A stretch of 64,000 nucleotides of DNA from Rhodanobacteraceae bacterium (GCA_021325475.1 JAJPHA010000058.1:4170-68169); one strand, 5' to 3'. Positions 36,833 to 47,040 are shown, counted from the first letter of the stretch. Notes: a model not told the origin generated them from the sequence alone. Numbers and translations are program-made.

Positions 36833-37222
36833 ATGATCATCGACGGTTCGCGCGCCGCCGACCGCACCGCGGCGTTGATCCTGCGCTACTTCGCCGCGCT
36901 CAACCGCGGCGACGTCGACGGCGTGCTCGATTGTCTCGCCGACGACGTGGTGCACGAGCGCGACACCGGCGCGCGCGAGGCCGGCAAGGCGGCGTTCCGC
37001 GAATTCGTGCGGCGCGCGCAGGCGGCGGGCCGCGAGGAGGTCCGCGACGTGGTGGTGATGAGCGTCGACGACGGCACGCGCGCGGCTGCCGAGTTCCGCG
37101 TGCACGGCGTGGACGGATCGACCGAACGCTACGTGCTCGGCGGCGGCGCGTTCTTCACCATCCATCAGGGCAAGATCGCGCGCATCGCCCCGTACCGGCA
37201 GCCGCGCCCGCCCGCCGGCTAG
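36833..37222 (+). CDS. SnoaL/NTF2-like fold protein
   Basis: A 129-aa protein. ...ILRYFAALNRGDVDGVLDCLADDVVHE... is typical of SnoaL-like/ketosteroid-isomerase-like domains. Confidence 0.6.
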   Translation: MIIDGSRAADRTAALILRYFAALNRGDVDGVLDCLADDVVHERDTGAREAGKAAFREFVRRAQAAGREEVRDVVVMSVDDGTRAAAEFRVHGVDGSTERYVLGGGAFFTIHQGKIARIAPYRQPRPPAG

Positions 37223-38097
37223 CGCGGCGTCGGCCGCAGGATGCCGAACAGCGCCAGCGCGACCACGCCGATGCCGGCGGTTTCCATCGCGTCGGGCCGC
37301 TCGCCGAGCAGCACGAAGGCGGCGAGCACGCCGACCAGCGGCGTCACCAGACTCGCCAGACCCGCCACGTTCGCCGGCAGCCGCTGCACCACGAAGAGCC
37401 ACAGCGCCCAGGCGAGGCCGGAGGAAAGCACGCCGTTGTAGACGAGCGCACCGACCAGCGGCGCCGACCACTGCGTCGGCCGCTCCGGCACGACCAGCGC
37501 GAGCAGTACCAGCAACGCCGTGCCGAGCGCCATCTGCCAGGCGGTCAGGCGCAGCGGCGAGACGCGCGTGCGCAGGAACAGCCGCTTCGACAGTACCGTG
37601 CCGATGGCCCAGGCGCAGCCGCCGCCGAGCGCGAGCAGCGAGCTCGTCCAGTGCATCTGCGCGCGCCCGGGATCGAGGATCAGTGCGAGACCCGCCGCAG
37701 CGAGCGCGATGCACGCCCACTGGCGCGCACCGGGCCGCTCGCCGAGCAGCAGCCACGCCAGCGGAATCACCCAGAACGGCATGGTGTAGGCGAGCAGCGC
37801 CGTCTTGCCCGCGCCGCCGGCGATCAGCGCGAGCTGCACCAGCGCCTGGAAGCCGGTGGTCTGGGCGAGACCGATGGCGAGCGTGTCGCGCCACGGCGTC
37901 GGCGCGAGCGACTCGCCGCGCAGGCCAAGCACGGCGAACAGCACGGCCGTGCCGAACACGTAGCGCAGCGCCGAGAACGTCAGTGGCCCGACATAGGCCA
38001 GCACCGCCTTCATCACCACCCAGTTGACGCCCCAGATCAGGCTCAGGATGGCGAGCGCGACGAGGGCGCTGCGTGGTGCCGTGCCGGGGGCTTGCAT
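37219..38097 (-). CDS. EamA/DMT family transporter
   Basis: It has ten hydrophobic segments arranged as two EamA-like halves. The start is ATG 38097, with 38130 as an alternative. Confidence 0.8.
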   Translation of the reverse strand: MQAPGTAPRSALVALAILSLIWGVNWVVMKAVLAYVGPLTFSALRYVFGTAVLFAVLGLRGESLAPTPWRDTLAIGLAQTTGFQALVQLALIAGGAGKTALLAYTMPFWVIPLAWLLLGERPGARQWACIALAAAGLALILDPGRAQMHWTSSLLALGGGCAWAIGTVLSKRLFLRTRVSPLRLTAWQMALGTALLVLLALVVPERPTQWSAPLVGALVYNGVLSSGLAWALWLFVVQRLPANVAGLASLVTPLVGVLAAFVLLGERPDAMETAGIGVVALALFGILRPTPR

Positions 38098-38162
38098 GGA
38101 GGCATCGATCGACGACGAGCCGCGTATCATACGCGCTCCCTCGCCCAAGTCCCGCCGCCGCC

Positions 38163-38735
38163 ATGCCGCAAGAACCCGCACGCTGTCCCTGGGCCAGCGG
38201 TCCCCACGCCGCGATGCGCGCCTACCACGACACCGAATGGGGCGTGCCGCTGCACGACGATACCCGGTTGTTCGAGTTCCTGGTGCTCGAAGGCGCCCAG
38301 GCGGGACTGAGCTGGCGCACCGTGCTCGACAAGCGCGCGGCCTACCGTGAGGCGTTCCACGGCTTTGCCATCGAGCGTGTCGCACGCATGACCGACGCGG
38401 CGCTGGAAAAACGCTTGCGGAATCCGGCGCTGATCCGCAATCGGCTGAAGCTCTGGTCGGCGCGCGACAACGCGCGTGCCGCGCTGCGCGTGATCGAGAC
38501 GTTCGGCAGCCTCGATGCCTATTTCTGGCGCTTCGTCGATGGCACGCCGATCGTCAACCGCTGGCGCGAGCCGGGCCAGGTTCCGGCGCGCACCGCGCTG
38601 TCCGATGCGCTCAGCAAGGACTTGCGGCAACGCGGCTTCCGCTTCGTCGGCTCGACCATCGTCTACGCCCACATGCAGGCGACCGGGATGGTCAACGATC
38701 ACCTGGTCGGCTGCTTCCGGCACCGCGAGGTGTGA
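38163..38735 (+). CDS. tag: DNA-3-methyladenine glycosylase I
   Basis: It carries CPWA...YHD.EWG.P.HDD..LFE.L.LEG.QAGLSW, and a C-terminal His/Cys zinc-snap context (NDHLVGCFRH). Confidence 0.9.
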   Translation: MPQEPARCPWASGPHAAMRAYHDTEWGVPLHDDTRLFEFLVLEGAQAGLSWRTVLDKRAAYREAFHGFAIERVARMTDAALEKRLRNPALIRNRLKLWSARDNARAALRVIETFGSLDAYFWRFVDGTPIVNRWREPGQVPARTALSDALSKDLRQRGFRFVGSTIVYAHMQATGMVNDHLVGCFRHREV

Positions 38736-38739
38736 CGGC

Positions 38740-39606
38740 TCAACGCCGCGAGCCGCGCAACCGCTCGAGCGGAAAACTCGCGATCTCGCCGCCGCGGCCG
38801 CGGCGCGGCTGGCCGGGCTCCGGGCCGAAGGCGTGCGCGGCGATCACCTCGTAGGTCGCGGGCAGCAGGCCGTCGCGGCGGAAGCGCTCGTAGGCATCGA
38901 GCATGCGGCGGAACCGGCTCCGGCCGGTGAGGCCGCGCGCGCGCGCGGCATCGGCGTTGGTCGCACCGATCGCCTTGAGTTCGCGCATCAGCTCGATCGC
39001 ATCGGCATGGTGGACGGTGAAGTGCTCGGTGTCGAGCACCGGATCGCGGAAGCCGGCGGCGAGCAGCGCGTCGCCGACGCCGGCGATGTCGGCGAATCCG
39101 ACGACGTGCGGCGTGCGGTCGACCGCCGCCCAGGCGGCGCGGAGCTCGCGCAGGGTGTCGGGGCCAAAAGTGGAAAATGCGACATAGCCGCCGGGGCGCA
39201 GCACGCGGCGGAATTCGGCGAACAGCGCCGGCAGGTCGTCGAGCCACTGGATGCACAGGTTCGAGAACAGCACGTCCACACTGGCCTCGGGCAGCGGCAG
39301 GGCGCGCGCGTCCGCGCACACCCGCAGCAGCGGCCGGCGCCAGCCGGTGCGCACCTGTCGCAGCATCGGCACGGCGAGATCGAGTGCGATCACCTCCGCC
39401 CCCGCGTAGCGCCGGCGCAGCAACGCCGCTGCGCGGCCCGGCCCGCAGCCGAGGTCGAGCACGCGCCGCGGCGTGGCGGTGTAGTAGTCGAGCCGCTCGA
39501 GCAGGCGGTCCTCGACTTCGCGTTGCAACGCGGCGTGGCGCAGATAATCCGGCGCGGCGCGGCCAAAGGCGTGCCGCACGTGGCGGGTGTCGATCGGCGG
39601 CGTCAT
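38740..39606 (-). CDS. bioC: malonyl-ACP O-methyltransferase
   Basis: It has a SAM motif, VLDLGCGPG, the BioC-like N-terminus (IDTRHVRHAFGRAAPDY), and a position inside the bio operon. Confidence 0.85.
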   Translation of the reverse strand: MTPPIDTRHVRHAFGRAAPDYLRHAALQREVEDRLLERLDYYTATPRRVLDLGCGPGRAAALLRRRYAGAEVIALDLAVPMLRQVRTGWRRPLLRVCADARALPLPEASVDVLFSNLCIQWLDDLPALFAEFRRVLRPGGYVAFSTFGPDTLRELRAAWAAVDRTPHVVGFADIAGVGDALLAAGFRDPVLDTEHFTVHHADAIELMRELKAIGATNADAARARGLTGRSRFRRMLDAYERFRRDGLLPATYEVIAAHAFGPEPGQPRRGRGGEIASFPLERLRGSRR

Positions 39607-40373
39607 GGCGGCAGCGTGGCGGCGAATTCGACGATCGCGTCGGCCACGTCCGCGGCGTGGCCGGGGAACGGGGCGTGGCCGGAGGAAAATTCCACAAAGC
39701 GACCTTGTGGACTTTGCGCAGCCGCCCAGCGCATGGCCTGCGCCGGCACCAGCCGGTCGCGTCGGCCGGCGAGCCACAGGCTCGGCACGGTCAATTGCGG
39801 CAGGCGCGCGCGCAGGTCGGTCGCCTCGAGCAGGCGCAACCCATCCTGCAGCGCCGCCAACGCCGGTTCGCCGCGCTCGAACACGTGGGTCTTCAGTTCG
39901 CGCAGTTCCGCCTGGGCGTGATCCGAGCCGAGCGCCTCCAGCGCGAGGAAGCGCTCGATCGTGGCGCGGTAATCGCGCGTGAGCCCGGCGCCGAACTCGG
40001 CGAACAAGGCGTGCGCGACGCCGTGCGGCCAGTCGGGCGCGAGCACGAACCGCGGCGAGGCGGCGACGGCGACGAGGCCGCGCGCGCATGCCGGGCGATC
40101 GAGCGCGAGGTGCAGGGCGACGAGTCCGCCGAACGACCAACCGAGCCACAGCGCGCGCGGCAGGCGCTCGGCGAGCCGCGCGGCGCAGGCGGCGGGCGCG
40201 AGATCGCTCGCGTCGTCGCGGCTGCGGCCGTGGCCCGGCAGATCGACGAGGTGCAGACGGAACCGGCGCTGCAGGCGCCGCGTCAGCGGCGCGAACACAC
40301 CACCGTGCATCGCCCAGCCGTGCAACAGCACGAGGTCCGGACCCGTGCCGAGGGATTCGATGTGCACGCTCAC
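39603..40373 (-). CDS. bioH: pimeloyl-ACP methyl ester carboxylesterase
   Basis: It is an alpha/beta hydrolase with LLHGW and the nucleophile elbow GWSFGG. The GTG start forms a GTGA overlap with the bioF stop, and its own stop overlaps the bioC start. Confidence 0.8.
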   Translation of the reverse strand: MSVHIESLGTGPDLVLLHGWAMHGGVFAPLTRRLQRRFRLHLVDLPGHGRSRDDASDLAPAACAARLAERLPRALWLGWSFGGLVALHLALDRPACARGLVAVAASPRFVLAPDWPHGVAHALFAEFGAGLTRDYRATIERFLALEALGSDHAQAELRELKTHVFERGEPALAALQDGLRLLEATDLRARLPQLTVPSLWLAGRRDRLVPAQAMRWAAAQSPQGRFVEFSSGHAPFPGHAADVADAIVEFAATLPP

Positions 40374-41623
40374 GCCTCCGCGTCGCGCGCGGCGGCGAGC
40401 GCGCGCGCCAGCGCGTCGAGCAGCCGCTCGACGTCGCGCTCCTCGTGCGCGGCCGACAAGGTCACGCGCAGCCGCGCCGCGCCGCGCGGCACGGTCGGCG
40501 GGCGGATCGCGGGCACGTAGAAACCGGCGTCCTCGAGCGCTTGCGCCGCGCGCAGCGCGGCTTCGCTCGCGCCGATCGGCACCGGCTGGATCGGCGTGCG
40601 CGCGGCGGCGAGCGCGATGCCGCGTGCGGCCGCGCCGTGGCGGAAGTGCGCGATCAGCCGGTGCAGCTTGTCGCGGCGCCACGACTCCAGCCGCGCGACC
40701 TCGACCGCGGCCCGCGCGGCGGCCGCGAGCGCCGGCGGCAGCGCGGTGGTGTAGACGTAGGTGCGCGCGAACTGGACGAGACCCTCGATCAGCGCGGCGC
40801 TGCCGGCGACGAACGCGCCGAACGTGCCGAGCGCCTTGCCGAGGGTTGCCATCAACACCGGCGCGTCGCTCGGCGTGAGGCCCGCCTCGGCGAGGCTGCC
40901 GGCGCCGTCGGGACCGAGCACGCCGAGACCGTGCGCATCGTCGATCAGCAGTGTGGCGTGTTCCTTGGTACACAATGCAGCAAGTTCCGCGAGCGGCGCG
41001 ACGTCGCCGTCCATGCTGAACACGCCGTCGCTGGCGACCAGCGCCGCGGCGCCGGGACGCTGCCGCAACTGGCGCGCCGCGGCGGCGACGTCGGCGTGCG
41101 GGTAGCGCTTGAGTTCGCAGCCGGCGAGCCGCGCGCCATCGATCAGGCAGGCGTGGTTGAGCCGATCCTGGACGCAGACGTCGCCCGCGCCGAGCAGGGC
41201 GCCGATGACGCCGAGATTGGCCATGTAGCCGGTGGAGAACAGCAGCGCCCGTTCGCGTCCGGTCCAGCGCGCCAACGTCTCCTCCAGCGCGGCGTGCTCC
41301 TCGCGATGGCCGCCGAGCAGGTGCGCGGCCCCGGCGCCGACGCCGCCCCGCGCGAGTGCGCGCAGTGCGGCTTCGCGCAACGCCGGATGCTGCGCAAGGC
41401 CGAGGTAATCGTTGTTGGCGAAATGGAGCAGCGTGCGGCCGGCGACGACGATGCGCGGGCCGGCGACCTCGGCGACCGTGCGCAGGCGACGCAGCAGCTG
41501 CTGTTGCGCGCGCTCGGCGTGCGCGGCGGCGAGGCGTTGCAGCAGGTCCGGTCGCGGCGCGGCGTCGTCCGCTTGCGCCGGGCGCAGGCGGCGCGAGGCG
41601 CTGAACCCGGTTTCGCGTTTCAT
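40370..41623 (-). CDS. bioF: 8-amino-7-oxononanoate synthase
   Basis: NDYLGL, FSTGYMAN, DDAHG and the PLP lysine context TLGKA mark it as an alpha-oxoamine synthase. It lies in the bio operon. Confidence 0.9.
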   Translation of the reverse strand: MKRETGFSASRRLRPAQADDAAPRPDLLQRLAAAHAERAQQQLLRRLRTVAEVAGPRIVVAGRTLLHFANNDYLGLAQHPALREAALRALARGGVGAGAAHLLGGHREEHAALEETLARWTGRERALLFSTGYMANLGVIGALLGAGDVCVQDRLNHACLIDGARLAGCELKRYPHADVAAAARQLRQRPGAAALVASDGVFSMDGDVAPLAELAALCTKEHATLLIDDAHGLGVLGPDGAGSLAEAGLTPSDAPVLMATLGKALGTFGAFVAGSAALIEGLVQFARTYVYTTALPPALAAAARAAVEVARLESWRRDKLHRLIAHFRHGAAARGIALAAARTPIQPVPIGASEAALRAAQALEDAGFYVPAIRPPTVPRGAARLRVTLSAAHEERDVERLLDALARALAAARDAEA

Positions 41624-41670
41624 GCCGGCAGCGTGTCGGGATCGGACGCGGATCCGCACCGACGCGGCGT

Positions 41671-42672
41671 TCAGGCCGCCGCGACGATGTCCACGGACGC
41701 CGAATCCGGCGGCGCCTCGCTCGGCAGCGGCCGCAGGCCGAGGCGCGCGAACAGCGCCTGGTCGTGGGCGACGTCGGGATTGCCCGTGGTCAGCAGCTTG
41801 TCGCCGTAGAAGATCGAATTGGCGCCGGCGAAGAAGCACAACGCCTGCAATTCGTCGCTCATCTCGGCGCGGCCGACGGACAGCCGCACCATCGCGTGCG
41901 GCATCAGGATGCGCGCCACCGCGATCGTGCGCACGAACTCGAACGGATCGAGCAGCGCGGTGCCGGCGAGCGGCGTGCCGGTCACCTGCACCAGGCGGTT
42001 GATCGGCACCGACTGCGGATGCTCGGGCAGATTGGCGAGCGCCTGCAGCAGGCCGGCGCGTTGTTCGCGCGTCTCGCCCATGCCGACGATGCCGCCGCAG
42101 CAGGTCTTGAGGCCCGCCCGGCGCACGCATTCGAGCGTGTCGAGCCGATCCTGGAATTCGCGGGTGTGGATGATCTCGCCGTAGAACTCCGGGGCGCTGT
42201 CGATGTTGTGGTTGTAGTAGTCGAGCCCGGCGGCCTTGAAGCGGTCGGCTTGTTGCTGGCTCAGCATGCCGAGCGTGGCGCAGGTTTCCATGCCGAGCGC
42301 CTTCACCGCTGCGATCATCTCGGCCACCTTGTCCACGTCGCGATCCTTCGGTGCGCGCCAGGCCGCGCCCATGCAGAAGCGGGTCGCGCCGGCGGCCTTG
42401 GCCGCGCGCGCCCGCTCCAGCACCTCGGCGAGCGGCATCAGCTTGGTCGCGGCCACGCCGGTGTGGTAGCGCGCGGCCTGCGGGCAGTAGGCGCAGTCCT
42501 CGGGACAGCCGCCGGTCTTGATCGACAGCAGGGTCGAGACTTGCACGGCGTTGGCGTCGTGGTGCGCGCGGTGCACGGCGTGGGCGCGCGCCAGCAGATC
42601 GTTGAACGGCAGGGCGAACAGCGCCAGCACCTCGGCGCGGCTGTAGTCGTGACGCACGGCGGCGGCGGTCAT
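41671..42672 (-). CDS. bioB: biotin synthase
   Basis: It has the radical-SAM motif [10 protein letters not shown] and the YNHNIDS motif. The length is 333 aa. Confidence 0.95.
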   Translation of the reverse strand: MTAAAVRHDYSRAEVLALFALPFNDLLARAHAVHRAHHDANAVQVSTLLSIKTGGCPEDCAYCPQAARYHTGVAATKLMPLAEVLERARAAKAAGATRFCMGAAWRAPKDRDVDKVAEMIAAVKALGMETCATLGMLSQQQADRFKAAGLDYYNHNIDSAPEFYGEIIHTREFQDRLDTLECVRRAGLKTCCGGIVGMGETREQRAGLLQALANLPEHPQSVPINRLVQVTGTPLAGTALLDPFEFVRTIAVARILMPHAMVRLSVGRAEMSDELQALCFFAGANSIFYGDKLLTTGNPDVAHDQALFARLGLRPLPSEAPPDSASVDIVAAA

Positions 42673-42704
42673 GGCAAACTCGCAGGCAATCGGCTGGCGC
42701 GAGT

Positions 42705-43496
42705 GTGGAGAGCGGCGGCGTGGCTGTCAACTCGATCGTGCGTCTTCTGGTTGACGGCGGGTGGCGCGCGCAATTCGCCCTGCTGCCGCCGCATTGCCTG
42801 CTGTGCGGCGGTGACGGCGCAGGCGACCGCGATCTGTGTGCCGCCTGCGCGCGCGACCTCGTGCGCAATCGCGTGTGCTGTCCGCGCTGTGCCCTGCCGC
42901 TGGCGACGCCGGCGCCGCTGTGCGGCGAATGCCTGACGCGCGCGCCGCCGTTCGCCGCCGCGTTCGCGCCGTTCGTGTACACGAGCCCGCTCGATCAATT
43001 GTTCGCGCGATTCAAGTTCGGCGGCAGCCTCGCCGCCGGCCGCGTCCTCGCGGAGCTGTGGCTCGATGCCTGGCGCGATGCATCGCCGCCCTTGCCGTCG
43101 GCGATCGTGCCGGTGCCGCTGCACGCCGGCCGGCTGCGCGAACGCGGCTACAACCAGGCGCTGGAACTGGCGCGGCCGCTGGCACGCGCGCTCGCCGTCG
43201 CGCTGCGGCCCGAGTGGCTGCTGCGCGTGCGCGCCACGCCGGCGCAGTCGAACCTGGATGCGCCGACCCGGCGCAAGAATCTGCGCGGCGCCTTCGCCGT
43301 GGCGGCGCATGCGTCCTTGCCCGCGCACGTGGCGCTGGTCGACGATGTCATGACCACCGGCGCGACGCTCGCCGAATGCACGCGCACGCTGCGGCGCGCG
43401 GGCGTGGCGCGCGTCGACGTGTGGGCGCTGGCGCGCGCGCCGAAGCCGCGCTGGCGCGAACGCGACGCGGGCTCCCGAGCGGCGACGGTCGGATGA
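42705..43496 (+). CDS. comF: ComF family protein (phosphoribosyltransferase fold)
   Basis: It has an N-terminal double CxxC (CLLCGG...CAACARDL...CPRCALP...CGEC) and the PRTase motif [14 protein letters not shown]. The start is uncertain, because GTG 42705 leaves only 32 bp to the divergent bioB. Confidence 0.75.
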   Translation: MESGGVAVNSIVRLLVDGGWRAQFALLPPHCLLCGGDGAGDRDLCAACARDLVRNRVCCPRCALPLATPAPLCGECLTRAPPFAAAFAPFVYTSPLDQLFARFKFGGSLAAGRVLAELWLDAWRDASPPLPSAIVPVPLHAGRLRERGYNQALELARPLARALAVALRPEWLLRVRATPAQSNLDAPTRRKNLRGAFAVAAHASLPAHVALVDDVMTTGATLAECTRTLRRAGVARVDVWALARAPKPRWRERDAGSRAATVG

Positions 43497-43537
43497 GTCG
43501 TCTCGGGAAGCTCTGCTCCTCTTCATGCGCATCCTGC

Positions 43538-43688
43538 GGTTTTCCGCTCGCGTCCGGCGAGCGGGTGACTTTCGACAGCCAATGCTTCCGCTCGGCCGCA
43601 GGCCGAGCGCGTCACTTCTTTGCTGGCCAGAGCAAAGCTTCCGCTGTCCTTCGGCCAGCGGGTCACTTCTTTGCTGGTGCAAAGAAGT
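43538..43688. repeat. three degenerate tandem REP-like units (about 53 bp each, every unit with a GC hairpin)
   Basis: The units share the pattern GCTTCCGCT, then a hairpin, then GTCACTTCTTTGCTGG. The core at 43631-43681 recurs inverted at 46888-46939. Confidence 0.55.
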
Positions 43689-43939
43689 AACCAAGAAACA
43701 CCTCCAAAGCAGAGCCTCCCTCGGAGGACCTGCACGAAGATTTTGCGAGGGGATGAAAGCTCCGTGTACGACTCGTCCGCCGCGGGCTGATACGTCGTTC
43801 GCTTCGCTTGATTGCTTTTCGTGCAAGCGAAAGACCTTTCATCTTGAACGACCGAGTTGTACCGGAACATTCATCCGCTGGCGGAACCTTGTGCAGGTCC
43901 TCCGAGGGATGCTCTGCTTGAACGTGCTTTCTCTTGGTT
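43689..43939. repeat. about 250-bp MITE-like element with about 47-bp imperfect terminal inverted repeats
   Basis: AACCAAGAAACACCTCCAAAGCAGAGCCTCCCTCGGAGGACCTGCAC (43689-43735) pairs with GTGCAGGTCCTCCGAGGGATGCTCTGCTTGAACGTGCTTTCTCTTGGTT (43891-43939). Confidence 0.5.
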
Positions 43940-43940
43940 A

Positions 43941-44082
43941 GAACCTATCTCAAAATCGTCGCGAGCGAGGACGGATTGCGCGCCGCCGGAGCGCAGGAAC
44001 CGGAGTTTACTGGTAGTAAATGAGGAGTCCGAGCACCGCCGGCGCGTGAGCCGTCGAGCGCAGCAGATTTTGAGATAGGTTC
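43941..44082. mobile_element. 142-bp MITE carrying the terminal inverted repeats of the IS5-family element
   Basis: Its ends, GAACCTATCTCAAAAT...ATTTTGAGATAGGTTC, are flanked by TA/TA. They are the same 16-nt ends as the IS at 45970-46808. It has no coding capacity. Confidence 0.7.
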
Positions 44083-44147
44083 TAATCATTCGCGCCCAAT
44101 GGCGGCGTAGCCGAGAATACAAGCGCGCATGGCACATCCGCGGATCG

Positions 44148-44765
44148 TCATGAATCGAATACATAAGGCGTGTCGCGGCACGCCGGGCGTTCCCCGTAGC
44201 GCTCACAGAAGCGGTTCAAATTCGGATACGGATCCATCCGCAGAACTTCCCTGAATTCGAGATGCGTCACAAGGCAGAAGAGTGTGACTTCCAGATAGCT
44301 CAAATCACGGTCGTGGGGCAGTTCTTCCAGAATCGGGCGGATATGAGCATTGAGCCAGGAAATGGTGTTGGTCAGGCTTGCTCGCAATTTCTCACGAGCG
44401 AGATCTTCCGTGTGTCCCGCGATAGTCGAGATGACCAAGCTCACCTCGGTTGCCATCGCCTGCGTGGTCAGTTCCTGCGCGTTGGACAGCAGCGGGGAAA
44501 CAAGCGCTTCCGGCCAAATGATTTTCGATCGGCGTTCCGCAATGCGCGACAGTACGCGGCAGATGGGCAACGTCCCGAACCAGAGATCGTCGCCAGTTTG
44601 CAATGCCGGCAGCTTGAGCGCCGGGTTTCCGACGTAATCGTCTACGTTTTGCGACATCAGGTTCTCCACGATGCCGAACGCATATTTGATTCCGAGCTCG
44701 GAAGCGAAGATCCGCGCCACACGCGTATGATGTGAACTTGAGCGTCCGATGATCCGGGGTTTCAT
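44148..44765 (-). CDS. glutathione S-transferase-like protein
   Basis: The 205-aa protein has a thioredoxin-like N-terminal half (..SSSHHTRVARIFASELGI...NPALKLPAL) and a helical C-terminal half. It is lower in GC than the genome background. Confidence 0.6.
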   Translation of the reverse strand: MKPRIIGRSSSHHTRVARIFASELGIKYAFGIVENLMSQNVDDYVGNPALKLPALQTGDDLWFGTLPICRVLSRIAERRSKIIWPEALVSPLLSNAQELTTQAMATEVSLVISTIAGHTEDLAREKLRASLTNTISWLNAHIRPILEELPHDRDLSYLEVTLFCLVTHLEFREVLRMDPYPNLNRFCERYGERPACRDTPYVFDS

Positions 44766-44813
44766 GGTTGGATGCAGGTTCGTCCGTGTGACGTGATCGG
44801 GGCTGCCGCGGGA

Positions 44814-45884
44814 TCACATCACCATCGAGCGAGCTTCGTTCCAGAGATGCCGCGCCAACGTCTCGGCCGCTTCCGCCTTGGCCAGCGCGGCCGACTGTCC
44901 CGCCCAGGCCTGCATGCGTTGCACGTCGTTCGTCTGCTGCGCGTCCTTCCTCATTGCCGCGGTCAGGCCGCGCTGGACGGGATAGGGCGCGGCGGCCGGC
45001 GCGTCAGGGGCCGTCGCCGCGCGGACATAGTCGGTCTCGAGGCTGCGTCCGGCGCGACCGCTGAATACACGGCTGACGACGGTGCGCTCCGGAGTGGCGT
45101 GTGCCAGAGCGTCGGCCCAAGCCCCCGGGATTTTGGCCTCCGGGCAACGCAGAAAACCAGTGCCGATCTGGACGGCGCTTGCCCCCAACATCAGCGCCGC
45201 CGCGATGCCGCGCGCATCTGCGATGCCGCCGCTGGCGACGACAGGAAGCCGCACGGCATCCACGATGGCGGGAAGCAACGCAAAAAGCCCCACCTGCAGC
45301 CGCTCCGCTTGTTCGGCATCAAAACATCCACGATGGCCACCGGCCTCCGAGCCTTGCGCGACGATGACATCCGCGCCCGCAGCCTCGGCCGCGCGCGCTT
45401 CGGCCACCGTGGTCGCGGTGGCGAACCACACTGTTTCGTTCTCCTTGAATCGGCCAATCCAGCTTGGCGGATACAAGCCCATGATCGATGAAACAATAGG
45501 CGGTCGAGCCTCCAAGATGGCTTCGCATTGCGCGTCAAAATCCGGTGGCCGCTGTTCCCCCGCATCTGCGGGGACGGGCGGCCCCCACCGTTCGAGAAAT
45601 GTGCGCAGCCGTGCTTCATGTTCGACATTTCTTGCGGGAGGCGGATCGGGAATCCAGTTGTTGATCTGGAAGACTCCGCTTCCTTGCGCGCGCACCTCGG
45701 CGGCCCACTGCTTGATTTCGCCAGGAGACATGAGCAGCGCGCCGCATGCTCCCGCGCCCCCTGCTTTCATAACTGAAATTGACAGCGATGGCGGACAGGC
45801 ACCAGCCATGGGCGCAAGGAGAATCGGCACATGCAAACCGATACGCCGGCAGAAGCCTTCGACTCTTTTGGCGACGAAATTCAT
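44814..45884 (-). CDS. nitronate monooxygenase / NAD(P)H-dependent flavin oxidoreductase (NMO family)
   Basis: PILLAPMAG, GADVIVAQGSEAGGH and ASGGIADARG are the hallmark FMN-binding motifs of the 2-nitropropane dioxygenase family. Confidence 0.85.
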   Translation of the reverse strand: MNFVAKRVEGFCRRIGLHVPILLAPMAGACPPSLSISVMKAGGAGACGALLMSPGEIKQWAAEVRAQGSGVFQINNWIPDPPPARNVEHEARLRTFLERWGPPVPADAGEQRPPDFDAQCEAILEARPPIVSSIMGLYPPSWIGRFKENETVWFATATTVAEARAAEAAGADVIVAQGSEAGGHRGCFDAEQAERLQVGLFALLPAIVDAVRLPVVASGGIADARGIAAALMLGASAVQIGTGFLRCPEAKIPGAWADALAHATPERTVVSRVFSGRAGRSLETDYVRAATAPDAPAAAPYPVQRGLTAAMRKDAQQTNDVQRMQAWAGQSAALAKAEAAETLARHLWNEARSMVM

Positions 45885-45969
45885 GGATCCTCCTTGCTGT
45901 CGGGTATCCCTCTCATGATTTTATTCGACTGGACTCGGCATTGACCGCAACGAACCGCGGTTCTTCCTC

Positions 45970-46808
45970 GAACCTATCTCAAATTCGCCTGAGCAGTATG
46001 GTCATGGCCGCGAGCTGCACGAAGCCCAGGAAATTCTCGGCGTAGTATTCCCAGCGCGTGAGCAACCTTCGCTTCCATTGCATCCAGGCAAAGAACCGTT
46101 CTACCAACCAGCGCCTGGCATAGCGGCGTAATGACCGGCCATCTTGGGTCTTGCGTTTCTTGCGGTTGCGACGATGCGGCGCGATCAGCGCTATACCGTG
46201 CTGTTCGGCAAGCTGCGCATCCAAACCATCACTGTCGTAGGCGCGATCGCCGATCAGATATTCGGGCTTGGCTTCCAGCATGTAGAAGTCGAAACTCAAC
46301 TGCACCAGCGTCACTTCATGATGATTCGCTGCATGTGTGCTGACCGACAGCGGCAAACCGTGGCGATCCACAATCGCCAGGATTTTCGTGCCTTTGCCGC
46401 GTTTGGTCAGACCGATTTCCGCGCCACCGCCCTTGGCGAAGGCAAAGGTCGCATCAATGAAACTCTCGCGTTCGTCAAGCGCACCCTGCTCGCGCAGGTC
46501 ATTGGCCAGGTCGACCAAAATCTGGCGCAGCACTGCCTGCCGGCACCACTGCTGGAAGCGCCGGTGCACCGTCTTGTAGTTCGGATAGCACTGCGGAAGC
46601 ATGTGCCACTGCGCACTGGTGTTGAGCACCCACAGCACTGCATCGAGCACTTCGCGCGCCGGCACCGGCTTGCGGCCGGGACGATCATCGGGATGGTTTT
46701 CCTCGGGAAAATGTTCCCGAATCCGTTCCCAATGCGCATCGCTCAATCGCAGCATGGCGCGATTGTAGACATCGAATCAGCCGCCGCCAATGATTTTGAG
46801 ATAGGTTC
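45970..46808 (-). mobile_element. IS5-family insertion sequence (IS427/IS1031-like size), apparently intact
   Basis: The 839-bp element has ends GAACCTATCTCAAAT... and ...ATTTTGAGATAGGTTC and a single transposase ORF. No matching direct repeat flanks it (TC on the left, TA on the right). Confidence 0.85.
45979..46755 (-). CDS. IS5-family DDE transposase
   Basis: The 258-aa protein reads MLRLSDAHWERIREHFPEE...GRKPVPAREVLDAVLWVLNTSAQWHMLP..YPNYKTVHRRFQQW...DATF...GDRAYDSD...RWLVERFFAW, which is the classic short IS5-group transposase. Confidence 0.9.
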   Translation of the reverse strand: MLRLSDAHWERIREHFPEENHPDDRPGRKPVPAREVLDAVLWVLNTSAQWHMLPQCYPNYKTVHRRFQQWCRQAVLRQILVDLANDLREQGALDERESFIDATFAFAKGGGAEIGLTKRGKGTKILAIVDRHGLPLSVSTHAANHHEVTLVQLSFDFYMLEAKPEYLIGDRAYDSDGLDAQLAEQHGIALIAPHRRNRKKRKTQDGRSLRRYARRWLVERFFAWMQWKRRLLTRWEYYAENFLGFVQLAAMTILLRRI

Positions 46809-46887
46809 TACTTCTCTTGACTCCGGGCATCCTGCGCTGCGCCGCTTCGCGGCCAGCTCCGCTGTTCGCGCCGCTCCTGCGGCGCAG

Positions 46888-47040
46888 TGCACGAGCAAAG
46901 AGAAGTAACCCGCTGGCCGAAGGACAGCGGAAGCTTTGGCTCTTGAAGACAAATCGCGCAAACAACGGCCGAGCGGAAGCTTTGCTCTTGAAAACAAATC
47001 GCGCGAACAACAGTCGCGCGAAAGTACCGTCTTGAAGCCG
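46888..47040. repeat. REP-like repeat block, inverted relative to 43538-43688, plus two about 46-bp tandem units
   Basis: 46888-46939 is the reverse complement of 43631-43681 with few mismatches. The tandem units CTCTTGAA(G/A)ACAAATCGCGC(A/G)AACAAC lie at about 46933 and 46979. Confidence 0.5.

Noticed and set aside
43538-43688. Tandem repeats considered as a possible CRISPR array
   Set aside because: There are only about three degenerate 53-bp units with no unique spacers, each unit is itself a hairpin (REP-like), and there are no cas genes in the window.
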